DNA of 61,974 nt, taken from a virus. Taxonomy: Duplodnaviria; Caudoviricetes. The position numbers were made by a program, and so were the translations under genes. The DNA lies in IMG/VR virus record IMGVR_UViG_3300046167_000270, positions 1 to 61,974 of that record; one strand, given 5' to 3'. Positions 17,110 to 27,846 of the stretch are shown piece by piece; position 1 is the first letter of the stretch, and every line of letters starts with the position of its first letter. The notes beneath the pieces are model-generated. The model did not search any database. It worked only from the letters and a program-made list of their open reading frames with translations, and was not told the DNA's origin.

Positions 17110-17151
17110 ATGTGTGACGGATGTCCGGGCGGATTTTGCCCATGGTGCTAA
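17110..17151 (+). CDS. 13-aa Cys-rich micropeptide MCDGCPGGFCPWC
   Basis: 3 nt after the previous stop, directly before the terminator. Confidence 0.5.
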   Translation: MCDGCPGGFCPWC

Positions 17152-17155
17152 ATAC

Positions 17156-17189
17156 AAAAAGGGGAGGTCATTACGACTTCCCCTTTTTT
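17156..17189. terminator. Bidirectional rho-independent terminator
   Basis: AAAAA-GGGGAGGTC-ATTAC-GACTTCCCC-TTTTTT between convergent arms. Confidence 0.9.
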
Positions 17190-17237
17190 GGTTACAGGAA
17201 CTTTTGGGTATGGTGCCCAGTTTTATTGTGTTCCTCG

Positions 17238-20200
17238 TTATTTTGGACGACCTTTACCTATAAACTCAAGTGGTTCTTTTTTCTTTGGCTTTGGTTTAGC
17301 CGAATCTTTTCTACCGTCTGGATTTATTTGCCACTCTGGCCAACCAGCTAACATAGCAACAGACTGCCACCATTCAGTCTCTTCGTCCATAGCTGCTTCT
17401 ATATTTTGCATTTTTAACAATACTCTATCTAGCGGGACGTTAGTAACTGCAGAGACAACTTTAGTCGTAGCTTCATAACCTGGATTATCTAATCCAAAAT
17501 CTTCCATAGCTTTTTTCCTACGTTTCTTACTGTCTAAATTCCACGCAGCTTGTCTAAGTTTAGATATTTTAGAACTTATAGGTGGAGAAAACTGTAGTAA
17601 TTTATATATAGAATCAACATATTCAGGTCTGCTTCTTCCAGATCTTTCGTAAATATCTAACAAAAAGTTTTTAGCTACAGCTACTGCAGCACCTCCCATG
17701 CCTAATCCTCTTAATATAGAGTCGGCCATACCATTAGCTACACCTATAGCTTTTTTAACTTCTTGCTCATCATCATCTTCACTGTTAGCAGCTAAAGCAA
17801 ATACCGCTTGTTGAAGCATGTTAAACATTAAGTTTTGAACAACTCCATAATATATTATTTTACTAACGTTTGCTTTGTTATCGCCTCTTCCTGCTGCTAG
17901 ATCTTGAAAAGCTCTTTTCTGCATACGAGCATACTGCATAGGTGTGTTGGCATAAGCTAGTATCAAACGACCAGCATCACTAGATTGTTGCTGAGATATT
18001 CTCATTGGATCAGAAGACTGTTGAGACTCTTCAGCTTTTTCTCTAAACTCTAACATAGCTTGAGCATCTGCTTCTTTCTGTGTCATTTCAGGATTGTTCT
18101 TCATTAGGTCAGCTGATCTATTACGAAAATAAGTAGCACCACCTAAAGCTATAGCAAAGCTATCAGCAAATTGTGTAGGTGCATATCCTTTAGAAAGTAT
18201 ATATGATATAGCTGCTTGAGCTTTATTGCCACTAGTGTTTGCAGCGTTAGCTATTTCATTTTCAGATATATTAATTCTCATACCGTTTCTACGATCAACT
18301 AGAAAATCAGAGTTCATTAACATCATGAAGTCAGACCAATATTGTTTTTGATTAGCAAAAGCTTTACCAGCTTTAATAGGATTATTAAAACTCCAGTTTA
18401 TAAAGTTAGCACTAGATAAAGTTTGAAGCACTGCAGATCTTATGTTTAAGAACATAACAACACCATTAGCATTATTAATATAATCAAGTATTCTGTTGCT
18501 TAATCTATTTCCACTAGCTAACCTGTTTTTACCTTGCTTCATTCTTTCAAGAACATTTTTTAAAGCTTCTACATATTTTGTACCATAAGCAGCTTCTAAT
18601 TTATTTAAATTTTCTTGTGAAAATATTACATCAACATTTCTTTGCCACTCTTCTAAATACTTTCTTCTAACACCTTTATTTACTCCATCTATAAGATCAG
18701 TAGTTATTGTACCAGCTAACCAACTTTCACTTGGAGCGTTATACTCAAATGTTTTGTTTAGTTTCATTATCTCGTCAGCAAATGTCTTAAGATTTTGATT
18801 AGCCTCTATTATATCTAATAGCTCTTTAGTATCTCCTTTAGATAAACCTGGTACAGTCATACCTTGCTTATTCCATATATATACTCTTACAGCTTGCTCG
18901 TTACTAAAGCCAGACTTGTTAGTTTTCTTTAAATCTTTAGGAACATCTAAATCTTCTTTAAGCTTTTTAAAATCTTCAAACATGTTTTTTCTAAAAGTAG
19001 ATAAATTATTTGATGCTCTAGTGTAAGGATCCATTAACCTTTCTTTAAACCACTTCATGGCTGAATTACCTTTAGCACCTTTAGGAAGTATAGGATATAT
19101 AAGACCTAAGAAGTCTTCAGCAGAATAAGGTATAAAGAATTTAAACCTACCTTTCTTAGCTCCAACGATTTTACCTTTAGCCTCTGAATATCTAGACTCA
19201 CTTCTAATACCTGTAGCTTCTTCAACTATTCTATTAAAGTCCTCGTTTATATCAGCTTCTAAACTCATTTTAGCTTGTTGTACTTTAGACTTAACATCTA
19301 ATACAGACATTGCATCTCTCACCGCTTTAACATTTTGCAAAGCATCGTCAGCAAAATAAAAATCATTATAACCTTCTGCTGCTTTATTAACTAGCCAGTT
19401 AGCTTTAGCAGCGCCAGTAGAGTTACCTAATCCTGTTATATTTTTTAAAGGTAAGTTTAATCCTACACTATCTAAAAACTCTTTAATAGCAACTTGAGCT
19501 TCAGGAGCTCTAGCTGTTAATACAAACACGTCCTCTGTACCTCTTGCTGCTTGTATCTTTTTAGCTATATCTAATAATGGACCTGGTTTTCCTTTAGTTA
19601 CTTTATTAAACTCACTAAAATCAAACTTATAACCTTGATCTAATAATGTTTTACCTTGAGTAGCAAACTCTTCTGCATTTAACTTACCTTTAGTACCGTC
19701 AGGTGCTGTAAATAAAACGTCTGACTCTGTAGTAGCTAATGTATCATCAAAATCAAATACTCTAATTTTTCTGACAGGAGCTTTAATATCTCTACCTACA
19801 TTTAAAGCATCATCTACTGTAGCTGCATAACCTATTATATCTTCATTAGTTTCCATAGAAGCTTTAACAACGTTGTTATCTAGCGCAGTTACATTAGCTT
19901 GTTTAGCTTGCTGTATACTATTCCATAATTTAGCAGGACCTACAGACTCTTTAACTATTTTACCTGTTTGTATATTAAACAACTCTGTAACTTCACCACC
20001 AATAGTAAACTCATTAAACCATCTAGTGAGTGGAGTATCACCATATTGATAAGTTAATGGCATAGATGCTTTAAAAAAGTTACCAAAGTTGTCATCAAAA
20101 CCTTTTGATATAACACCCACTTGATAACTGTCTTTTAATTTGCTTAAGCTAATCTCTTTGTTTTTGCCAAATACAGCATCAGCTATCATTAAGTTCATCA

Positions 20201-23200
20201 CAGATGAAGGTATGCCATGCTCATACTCAAATAACTTACCTACGTTATTATTATTGTAACCTTTAGTATCTATGTTTGTTGGCACATAAGTTAATCTACC
20301 AGCAGCTCTCATAGGCCCTTTCATGTTATCATTAAAGCCTTTCATTAACATAGCTGCATTTTCTTTAGTTGCAGTTTTGTCTTTTAACATTTTATCTACA
20401 GTCTTGTAGTAAGTTGTAATAAAATTCCAAGCTCTATCAGAATAATCATTTCTACCATCTACTTCTTTCTGAGACATGTTATTTGTAACCATGTCCATAG
20501 TAGTTTTCTGTGCATATCTTTTAGGTGATAGAACTTCCCTAGTAGTTCCATCTTTCATTTTAAACTCTAAAGTAGTTACTCCAGACTTATTTGTTTTGAA
20601 TTTATAATCTACAATATCAAAATTGTTTTCAATAAGCTCTTTATTAAAAACTTCAACATGTCCACCATTGCCAGACTCATTGCCATAAGTCATATTTCTT
20701 TTTAATCCACCGTCTTCAAAACCTCCTTTAAACAATATAAAATCAGCAGCTAAATCTAGTTTGCTTTTACCTTGCTTAGCATAAGCATTTACTAATTTAG
20801 GTATAGATACGTTTATAAAAGCTTTTTGCCTTTGTCTACCTTCAGGAGTAAATAAATTACCAACACTAATGCTGTTTCCATCTGCATCTTTTAAATTCCA
20901 GAACTTATTTAAAGTAGTACTTTCATCAGCATTTAAACTTCCATCTATATAAGACTTTAAAGGAAAATCAGTTATGCCTTCGTATTCTACTACTTGTTTT
21001 CCAAACTTGTTTATTAATGGAGTGTATAAGTCTACTAACTTAGTTATTTCAGGTCTACTTAGATTATCACTATATATACCTTCTATAATACTTCTAACTT
21101 GTTTTTTAGTTTCTTTAATATCTTTAGCAAATCCAACGTTGTAACCGGTATCAAGCAATAGTTTAATCAACTTGTCTTTGTCTTCCATATATATTCCAAA
21201 GTTGTTAGCTGTTGGATTTTTCATTTCAGAAAACTGTCTCTCTACTTCTTTAGATAACTTAGACTGAACACCTCTATCTATAGCAGAAGCCATTACTTGC
21301 ACAACATCATCAGCTACTAGATAATTTAACTCAGGGTTTCTATTAGTAATTTTATCTATAGTATCTTGCTCTGTCATTACCTGCATAGTACCATCAAAAC
21401 CGTATGTCTTAGCTAAGTTTTTAATTAATGCTTCGTCTCTACCTCTTTTCTTAAAGAAGTCTAAAAAAGCTTGATCACTAGGCATTAATCTTGAGTAAAG
21501 ATTAGGTCCTGACTTTGGATTAGAATATACTAATCTACCTGTGCCTTCATATCTTTTTATATCTTCTGGACTTAAATTTTTACGATCTAATGAAGTAAAT
21601 ATTTTATCTTTAGATAATCTTTCCATGGCTACTAAATCAGCTATAGAAAGTTTATTTACTATAGCGTTTCTAAGATCTAATAATCTTTGATCATAACCAG
21701 GTTTTCCTTTACCTAGTGATTCTTTTATATTATCATAAAGTATAGACTCATACTGAGCAGCTATATTATTTCTAAAATCTTTTATTATTCTTGTATAATC
21801 TAATTCAGCTTGTTGAAACTCTTTTCTACTTATTGAGTCTTTGTTTTTTAATATAGCTCTAACGTCTTTTAAACTAACTAAAACATCTGCTTGGCCTTTC
21901 TTTTTTCTAACATACTCTAGCTTTGGCAATTTAGTACCTAATACTAGCTCGTTAGCTCTAAGTATAGCATTGTACATATCAGAGCCTGGTAAAACGCCTG
22001 ATTCTCTAGTAAAGTTTAATTCTTCTGGTATGTTAACTTCCTCTGCCGCTACTGGATCAAACTGTCTTCTACCTTCTACTTGAGCATCTATGTCTACTGT
22101 ATTTTTTGGAGCAGCACCTTTAGCCATTTGTTTTCTAGCATCACCAACTTTAAATGGCGCATAGTTACCCATGTAAGCAGCTATAGGATTTTTAGCAGTT
22201 AATTGAGTTTCAGGATTCATTGCTAGCAAGTGATTTAAAAAAGGACCTGTTATAGTAGTCATTGCTAATTCTGGATCGAAGCCTGATAATTGCATCACCT
22301 GATCTATCCAGTCTCTACTAATATCTTCAAACAACTGTGCGCCTTCAGGAGTTAAAGTACCTCCATCTCTTAACTTAACACCATCGACTAACATGTATTT
22401 TTCGTAGTCGTCTCTAGTCATTGTTCTAAATGTCTTATCAAATATATCTCTATATTTTATATTTCTATCTTCTTGTTCTTTAGAGGTTTTTGGCTTTTGT
22501 TTTTTTGGACCTTTACTTACTATACTATTAATAGTAGACAATACTGTTGGCGCTAAAGCTTCTGAAGATCTAGCATCTGCAATGTCTTGCTCTGTTAAAG
22601 TACCAGTACCTATTTTCTTAGCTAAGCCAACTAAAAACGAAACAGCGTCAGTTTCTCCTTTAAAATTAACTTCAAAACCTTTTTCTTTTGTAGTATTATT
22701 AGACATAAAACCAAATAAACTAGCTAGCTTTTTATTTTTCTTTTGGTTAAAATCTATATTACCTTGATCTACCTGTTCTAAAAATTCTATTACAAACTCT
22801 TCTGCTTGAATTTTAGTAGTTGCACCGACACTCATTTTTTGTCTTATAACATTTAGCATATCAATATCTTCTTTTCCTAGATAATCTGATATAGCTTGTG
22901 CTAATTGACTAAAATCTCCATCTCCAGTTTGCAATATTTCCTTAAATACAGCATGGCCAGGTTCATGTATGCCTATAGAAGTTCTATCATTTTTAACAGA
23001 GTTTTCTAATATAACAAATTGCTGGCCGTTTATATTATCTAAACCGTTTAGTGTTCCATCTTTTATAGCTTGTATTTGAGCAGCTTTATCTTGTTCTGAT
23101 AGGTTTTCAGCGTTTTTAACTAGATCAATTGCCTCAGCGTTTGTTTTAGCAATTCGTATATCAACACCATAACTATTCTGAGCAGAAGCTACTTTATCTA

Positions 23201-26126
23201 GTATAACTTGTTCTGTGTAAATATCATAAGCAACATCTTGAACTTCTTTAATTTCTGGAGTAAAATCTGGATTTTCATTTTTCTTTATCCTTATCTTCTC
23301 TTTAGCATCAGCCATTATAGAATTATATCTATCAGGATCTGTTTGCTCTAGTAATTTAAAAGTATTTTTAAAAGCTTTATTGTTTCTAAAAAGATCTCTT
23401 GCATATTGTGTAGCATCAAACTTTTCTTTTAAGTCATTTAATAATTCTTGTTTCTTATCTTTGCTAAGTCCTGGATCATTATAAATGTCTTGTGCTTGCT
23501 TTTTTAAAGCCTCTTGTTCTTGAGTAGCTCTATTAAATCTTTTCCACCCATCTTTACCCATGTTATTTTCCATCTCACTAACCATACCTTTCAATATGTC
23601 TTGAGACTTTGCTTCTAAATCTGCTTTCTTTTTTCTAAGTATTTCTTTAGAAGATTCACTTATTAAATCGTTTTTAAGAAGCTTGTTTATACTAGAAACA
23701 TCTTTTATAACATTATTATACTCATCATATTTTTTAGGATCACTAAACTTTTGTAAAGCCATACCATACATTACTGGAGATACTGACATACCAAAACCGA
23801 ACATACCACCAGAAAACATAGCGTGATCAACATTGTCTAGCAAGCCTACGCCGTCTAACATGTTTTGAGTCATCTGAGTTAATCCTTCACCTACAGCTTC
23901 TGATAAAGGATCTTGTATTAAAATTCTTTTACCTTGCTCTTTCCAAGTTTGTTTTATTGCTTGATTAAAGTTTAACAAGCTTTCACCACCCGCAGCACTT
24001 AAATAGCTTTTACCACGCTTAAGTATTTGAACTGTAGTCAATGCTTCAAACACTGCTTCTGCAGCACCATAACCTGCCGATACACCAAACTTAACAAGTT
24101 CATTTCTTTCAAAACCAGATCTTAAATCTTCTTGATCCATTTCCATATACTTCTCTCCAGCAGCATAAGCACCTATTATATATGGTGATGCGGTACCACC
24201 TGAAGCTATTATAGTAGCAAGTATAGGTAATTGTTGCCCCATTTCTTGAGTCATAAACCTACCAAAAGCAGCTGGTCCACTTGTAAAAGCACGATCAAAA
24301 CTTACGTCTTTAGCATACTGATCTCTGCTCATGTTCTTCCAGTCAGTAAATCTAGTAGCTGTTTCATCTAATAAACCACCAATTGATTTAGATACAATAT
24401 TTTCTTCTTCTAAAGTTTTATCACCTGATATTTCTTCAGCTAAATAAGTTCCACCTTGAATAACTTTACCTACTCCATAAGCTAAACCAGCCCCTATAGA
24501 TGCAAATCCTGAACCTACATTATATTGAAACTTACTCCAACTATTATAATCTCTACGTAGTAAATCAAACTGTGCGTCTATGTTTTTTAAGTTGTCTGTT
24601 TCAGCATCAATTCTAGATTGTCTATCTTGCAGTCTAGCATACTTATCTCTTAAATTCTTAGATGATGTAAGGTATTTATCAAAAGCTTCTTTAGAAACAG
24701 TTTTACCATTTCTAAGTTTTATAGCTTCTTGACCTTCTTCAATTATAAATTGCTTACTATTATCTAAATATATTTTTTCAAAGTCTTCTACTATAACTCT
24801 ATCACCTTCTGAAGCTGACGAATTATAATCTGCTAATTCTACTTCTTGAAGCTTTTGTAGTCCAGCGGCTTTTTTAAATGATCGATCTTCTTCAACAGCC
24901 TTATAAGCTTTAAGAATACCTTGCATTTCATCATCATTAGCTTCTAAGTAATCAGTCCACTTATCATCTTGAAGTTTGTTGTATTTTTTATTGTATATTA
25001 TTTTTCTAGCAGCATCTTTTATTTCAGCTTCAGTAGCAGCTGGCAGTTGATCGTCTATAGATCTTTTTTTATTTTCTACTGCTCTAGCGTCATTGAGCAT
25101 TTTCTCAGCGGCATTTAATTCTTTTTCGTATGGATTTACAACAACTTGTTTAGTTTGCTGAACCATAAAATCACCCATAGCTGTTGGACCTCCTCCATAT
25201 ATTGCTACGTCTTCAGTGTAAGGTTCAAATAAATCTATACGTTCAGATTCTTTTTCTATTTCAGCAGCCTCAGCATCTGTAACGTTTACAATGCTATTTA
25301 TTCTTTTGGTTTCCTCTGATATTTTTTTATCTGTTTCATCATATAGTTTTGCATCATAACCGTTAGTATCTACAAATTTTATAATATCACTCTTCATCTT
25401 AGTAACAGATCCAGATCCAATATCGCCATCTACACCGTCTTTTACATCACTTATAAATGTAGTTTCTCCGTTAGGAGCTGTCATTGTTATACCTACGTTT
25501 GTTCCTCCTCCAATGTCAAAACCAAAAAATTTATTTTCATCTGCTATTTCAAAACCATAATCAGGGTACATAGTTTTCAAAGCATCTACTGTAGCACCAT
25601 AATCTCCTCCATTCATTTTCTCATATTGAGAAAAAGTCTCTGTAGTACTTTCATTGTCTAACCAGTCGTGTATACCTCTACCGCTAGATGTTTCAGGATT
25701 TTTACTATTAGCTAATAGCTGTCTATCATTTCTTTTTTGCTCTGCTAAAGCTAGATCTTTTAATCTTTGCTCGTTAAGTTGTTTTGTTTTAGTATCAACT
25801 ACATTTTCATCTACAACATAACTACTATACAGTTCTTTATCAGATTCAGTTACATCTAAATTACTTATTTGCTCATCATAACTTAAATTAATGTTTTTAA
25901 TTTCTGTATCATAATCTGACAAAACGTTTTCCGCAGTTAAGTCTGTGTCCATAGATTCTAAAACAGCTTCGTCTTCTTGCGCTAGATTAATTGCGGTTTC
26001 CTCTGCGGTCTCTTGCTCTTCCACTTGTTCTCCTAAAGTAGCAGTGGGAAATTTTTCAAGAAACTCTTCTTCTCTATTAGGAGCCACATTGTATCTTACT
26101 CCGTCTACAATATAAATTTTATTCAT
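17238..26126 (-). CDS. Giant internal virion/ejection (polyvalent) protein with zincin-like and HAD domains
   Basis: 2962 aa; HEPGH..EEF; DFDDT/TAR/ADD HAD motifs; last gene of the structural module. Confidence 0.85.
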   Translation of the reverse strand: MNKIYIVDGVRYNVAPNREEEFLEKFPTATLGEQVEEQETAEETAINLAQEDEAVLESMDTDLTAENVLSDYDTEIKNINLSYDEQISNLDVTESDKELYSSYVVDENVVDTKTKQLNEQRLKDLALAEQKRNDRQLLANSKNPETSSGRGIHDWLDNESTTETFSQYEKMNGGDYGATVDALKTMYPDYGFEIADENKFFGFDIGGGTNVGITMTAPNGETTFISDVKDGVDGDIGSGSVTKMKSDIIKFVDTNGYDAKLYDETDKKISEETKRINSIVNVTDAEAAEIEKESERIDLFEPYTEDVAIYGGGPTAMGDFMVQQTKQVVVNPYEKELNAAEKMLNDARAVENKKRSIDDQLPAATEAEIKDAARKIIYNKKYNKLQDDKWTDYLEANDDEMQGILKAYKAVEEDRSFKKAAGLQKLQEVELADYNSSASEGDRVIVEDFEKIYLDNSKQFIIEEGQEAIKLRNGKTVSKEAFDKYLTSSKNLRDKYARLQDRQSRIDAETDNLKNIDAQFDLLRRDYNSWSKFQYNVGSGFASIGAGLAYGVGKVIQGGTYLAEEISGDKTLEEENIVSKSIGGLLDETATRFTDWKNMSRDQYAKDVSFDRAFTSGPAAFGRFMTQEMGQQLPILATIIASGGTASPYIIGAYAAGEKYMEMDQEDLRSGFERNELVKFGVSAGYGAAEAVFEALTTVQILKRGKSYLSAAGGESLLNFNQAIKQTWKEQGKRILIQDPLSEAVGEGLTQMTQNMLDGVGLLDNVDHAMFSGGMFGFGMSVSPVMYGMALQKFSDPKKYDEYNNVIKDVSSINKLLKNDLISESSKEILRKKKADLEAKSQDILKGMVSEMENNMGKDGWKRFNRATQEQEALKKQAQDIYNDPGLSKDKKQELLNDLKEKFDATQYARDLFRNNKAFKNTFKLLEQTDPDRYNSIMADAKEKIRIKKNENPDFTPEIKEVQDVAYDIYTEQVILDKVASAQNSYGVDIRIAKTNAEAIDLVKNAENLSEQDKAAQIQAIKDGTLNGLDNINGQQFVILENSVKNDRTSIGIHEPGHAVFKEILQTGDGDFSQLAQAISDYLGKEDIDMLNVIRQKMSVGATTKIQAEEFVIEFLEQVDQGNIDFNQKKNKKLASLFGFMSNNTTKEKGFEVNFKGETDAVSFLVGLAKKIGTGTLTEQDIADARSSEALAPTVLSTINSIVSKGPKKQKPKTSKEQEDRNIKYRDIFDKTFRTMTRDDYEKYMLVDGVKLRDGGTLTPEGAQLFEDISRDWIDQVMQLSGFDPELAMTTITGPFLNHLLAMNPETQLTAKNPIAAYMGNYAPFKVGDARKQMAKGAAPKNTVDIDAQVEGRRQFDPVAAEEVNIPEELNFTRESGVLPGSDMYNAILRANELVLGTKLPKLEYVRKKKGQADVLVSLKDVRAILKNKDSISRKEFQQAELDYTRIIKDFRNNIAAQYESILYDNIKESLGKGKPGYDQRLLDLRNAIVNKLSIADLVAMERLSKDKIFTSLDRKNLSPEDIKRYEGTGRLVYSNPKSGPNLYSRLMPSDQAFLDFFKKRGRDEALIKNLAKTYGFDGTMQVMTEQDTIDKITNRNPELNYLVADDVVQVMASAIDRGVQSKLSKEVERQFSEMKNPTANNFGIYMEDKDKLIKLLLDTGYNVGFAKDIKETKKQVRSIIEGIYSDNLSRPEITKLVDLYTPLINKFGKQVVEYEGITDFPLKSYIDGSLNADESTTLNKFWNLKDADGNSISVGNLFTPEGRQRQKAFINVSIPKLVNAYAKQGKSKLDLAADFILFKGGFEDGGLKRNMTYGNESGNGGHVEVFNKELIENNFDIVDYKFKTNKSGVTTLEFKMKDGTTREVLSPKRYAQKTTMDMVTNNMSQKEVDGRNDYSDRAWNFITTYYKTVDKMLKDKTATKENAAMLMKGFNDNMKGPMRAAGRLTYVPTNIDTKGYNNNNVGKLFEYEHGIPSSVMNLMIADAVFGKNKEISLSKLKDSYQVGVISKGFDDNFGNFFKASMPLTYQYGDTPLTRWFNEFTIGGEVTELFNIQTGKIVKESVGPAKLWNSIQQAKQANVTALDNNVVKASMETNEDIIGYAATVDDALNVGRDIKAPVRKIRVFDFDDTLATTESDVLFTAPDGTKGKLNAEEFATQGKTLLDQGYKFDFSEFNKVTKGKPGPLLDIAKKIQAARGTEDVFVLTARAPEAQVAIKEFLDSVGLNLPLKNITGLGNSTGAAKANWLVNKAAEGYNDFYFADDALQNVKAVRDAMSVLDVKSKVQQAKMSLEADINEDFNRIVEEATGIRSESRYSEAKGKIVGAKKGRFKFFIPYSAEDFLGLIYPILPKGAKGNSAMKWFKERLMDPYTRASNNLSTFRKNMFEDFKKLKEDLDVPKDLKKTNKSGFSNEQAVRVYIWNKQGMTVPGLSKGDTKELLDIIEANQNLKTFADEIMKLNKTFEYNAPSESWLAGTITTDLIDGVNKGVRRKYLEEWQRNVDVIFSQENLNKLEAAYGTKYVEALKNVLERMKQGKNRLASGNRLSNRILDYINNANGVVMFLNIRSAVLQTLSSANFINWSFNNPIKAGKAFANQKQYWSDFMMLMNSDFLVDRRNGMRINISENEIANAANTSGNKAQAAISYILSKGYAPTQFADSFAIALGGATYFRNRSADLMKNNPEMTQKEADAQAMLEFREKAEESQQSSDPMRISQQQSSDAGRLILAYANTPMQYARMQKRAFQDLAAGRGDNKANVSKIIYYGVVQNLMFNMLQQAVFALAANSEDDDEQEVKKAIGVANGMADSILRGLGMGGAAVAVAKNFLLDIYERSGRSRPEYVDSIYKLLQFSPPISSKISKLRQAAWNLDSKKRRKKAMEDFGLDNPGYEATTKVVSAVTNVPLDRVLLKMQNIEAAMDEETEWWQSVAMLAGWPEWQINPDGRKDSAKPKPKKKEPLEFIGKGRPK

Positions 26127-26132
26127 ATATTA

Positions 26133-27845
26133 TTATTTTGCAAAAGAATTGTTTACTGTTTGAGTTTTAAGGTAGTTTTGAGCTTCATCATCTATTCCTA
26201 TAGCACTAGCAACTCTTTCTGTAAGTACATCTGGATTATCAGTCATTACATACTCTTTTGTCATTATTATAACAGGCTTGTATACAATTTCTGGATCTTC
26301 TTTTGTTTTGCCTCTATAAGGAACTAACCTGTAAATAGCTTCACTTTTTAAAGGAGGTTTTGCTTGATCTTGACCGTTTTTATCTAGTAACAACGTGGCG
26401 TCATATCCGTTTATGTAATTATAACCTTTACCTAGATCTTTTTGAGGTATATTACTATTCATTTCTTCAGTAATAGCATCAAGTCTGTTAAAGTACTGTT
26501 TATTATTTACCTCGCCAGTTTTATCATCGTATGTAAGTGGATAATTTTTAATTATCGTAGGAGAGTTATCACTAACAGCATTATAATATCTTTTCTCAGC
26601 TTCATATTTTCTTCTATCAGCATCACTTATTGACGAACCTGTTCCAGGTTTAGTTGTGCCTGCATCAGCTCTAGTAATATTTGTTATTTGATCTTCAGCA
26701 GGTACCATAGTGCCTGAGTAGTAGTTAGCCAAACCTTCTCTAGCTGTAGACATTACTTCCTTTTGTAAAAACTGTTTATCATCGTCATTTACAACACCAT
26801 CTCCAGTTAGATCACCATATGATTCACTAAATTGATCAAATGTCATTGATTTAATTTTTTTAAACTCACCCCAAGACATCTCCGCAGCAGGACTACTTTC
26901 ACCTTCATCGCTTTTTAAATAACCACCTCTCCAAAGTTGATCCCATGTTTTTTCAAATCCAGGACCTTTTATTTCAGAGTCTAATCTATTAGAATATGTA
27001 TTCATTAAAGCGTCTTTAACTTCGTCTCTATCGTAAACTTCTTTTGTTACAGTTTTCCATTTACCAGTTGTAGCATTATAAGTTCTATTAGTTTCAGTTT
27101 TCTTTTTAAAATAAGTATTATATCCAGTATTTTTATCAGTCCAATTAGGATTTAATTTGTTTTCTAATAAATCCTCTTTTTTAATTTGACTATACCACTC
27201 ATTACCAGCTTTGTTGTCTGCTACATCTGCACTTAAATTTCTATTGTCACTAGCTAAAATATTACCATCAGCATCAACATTTTGTGCATTTAATAATACA
27301 TTACCTTTTTCATCTATAGAAAAGTTATACTGACTATACTGATCGTTCTGCATGTTTTGAGAAAAAGAATATTTATCTGTATCGTTGCTTCTTGTCATTC
27401 TACCCAAGTCTATATCTTGCTCATGAGCAGATTGGTTCTCTTGCATTGCTGTGGCGTTGCTATTACTTATAGTTGCCCATGCTCCTACTTGTGATAATAT
27501 TTGTTTGTCTCTTATTTGTCTAAGTCTCCAGTTGTGTTTATCTTCTGCAGTTCCATTAGAACTAAAAGCTTTAGTATATAGCTCTTCTTGCTCACTAGCT
27601 AGTTTACCGACTAACAAGCTAGCACCACTATTCCAAGCTTCAGTACCTGACTTTGTTTGATCTCCATATAGTTTATAAAAATCATCAGTATATTGTTGAC
27701 CTTTTCTAACTATTTCTTCAGCTTTTCTGTTTTTTACTTCTTGCTCTTTAGCAAGCTTTTGAAGCACGTTATTTATCTGTGATGCTGTTGACTGATTTTG
27801 TCTTGCAGCCATCTCAGCTGCTTTAGTTATGTAGGTTAATGCCAT
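26133..27845 (-). CDS. Putative internal virion (ejection) protein
   Basis: Position and helical N-terminus. Confidence 0.7.
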   Translation of the reverse strand: MALTYITKAAEMAARQNQSTASQINNVLQKLAKEQEVKNRKAEEIVRKGQQYTDDFYKLYGDQTKSGTEAWNSGASLLVGKLASEQEELYTKAFSSNGTAEDKHNWRLRQIRDKQILSQVGAWATISNSNATAMQENQSAHEQDIDLGRMTRSNDTDKYSFSQNMQNDQYSQYNFSIDEKGNVLLNAQNVDADGNILASDNRNLSADVADNKAGNEWYSQIKKEDLLENKLNPNWTDKNTGYNTYFKKKTETNRTYNATTGKWKTVTKEVYDRDEVKDALMNTYSNRLDSEIKGPGFEKTWDQLWRGGYLKSDEGESSPAAEMSWGEFKKIKSMTFDQFSESYGDLTGDGVVNDDDKQFLQKEVMSTAREGLANYYSGTMVPAEDQITNITRADAGTTKPGTGSSISDADRRKYEAEKRYYNAVSDNSPTIIKNYPLTYDDKTGEVNNKQYFNRLDAITEEMNSNIPQKDLGKGYNYINGYDATLLLDKNGQDQAKPPLKSEAIYRLVPYRGKTKEDPEIVYKPVIIMTKEYVMTDNPDVLTERVASAIGIDDEAQNYLKTQTVNNSFAK

Positions 27846-27846
27846 T

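Noticed and set aside
19740-19765. DFDD in the giant protein as a crAss-like virion RNAP catalytic motif
   Set aside because: The sequence is DFDDT with downstream TAR and DD, which is HAD DxDxT, not DxDxD
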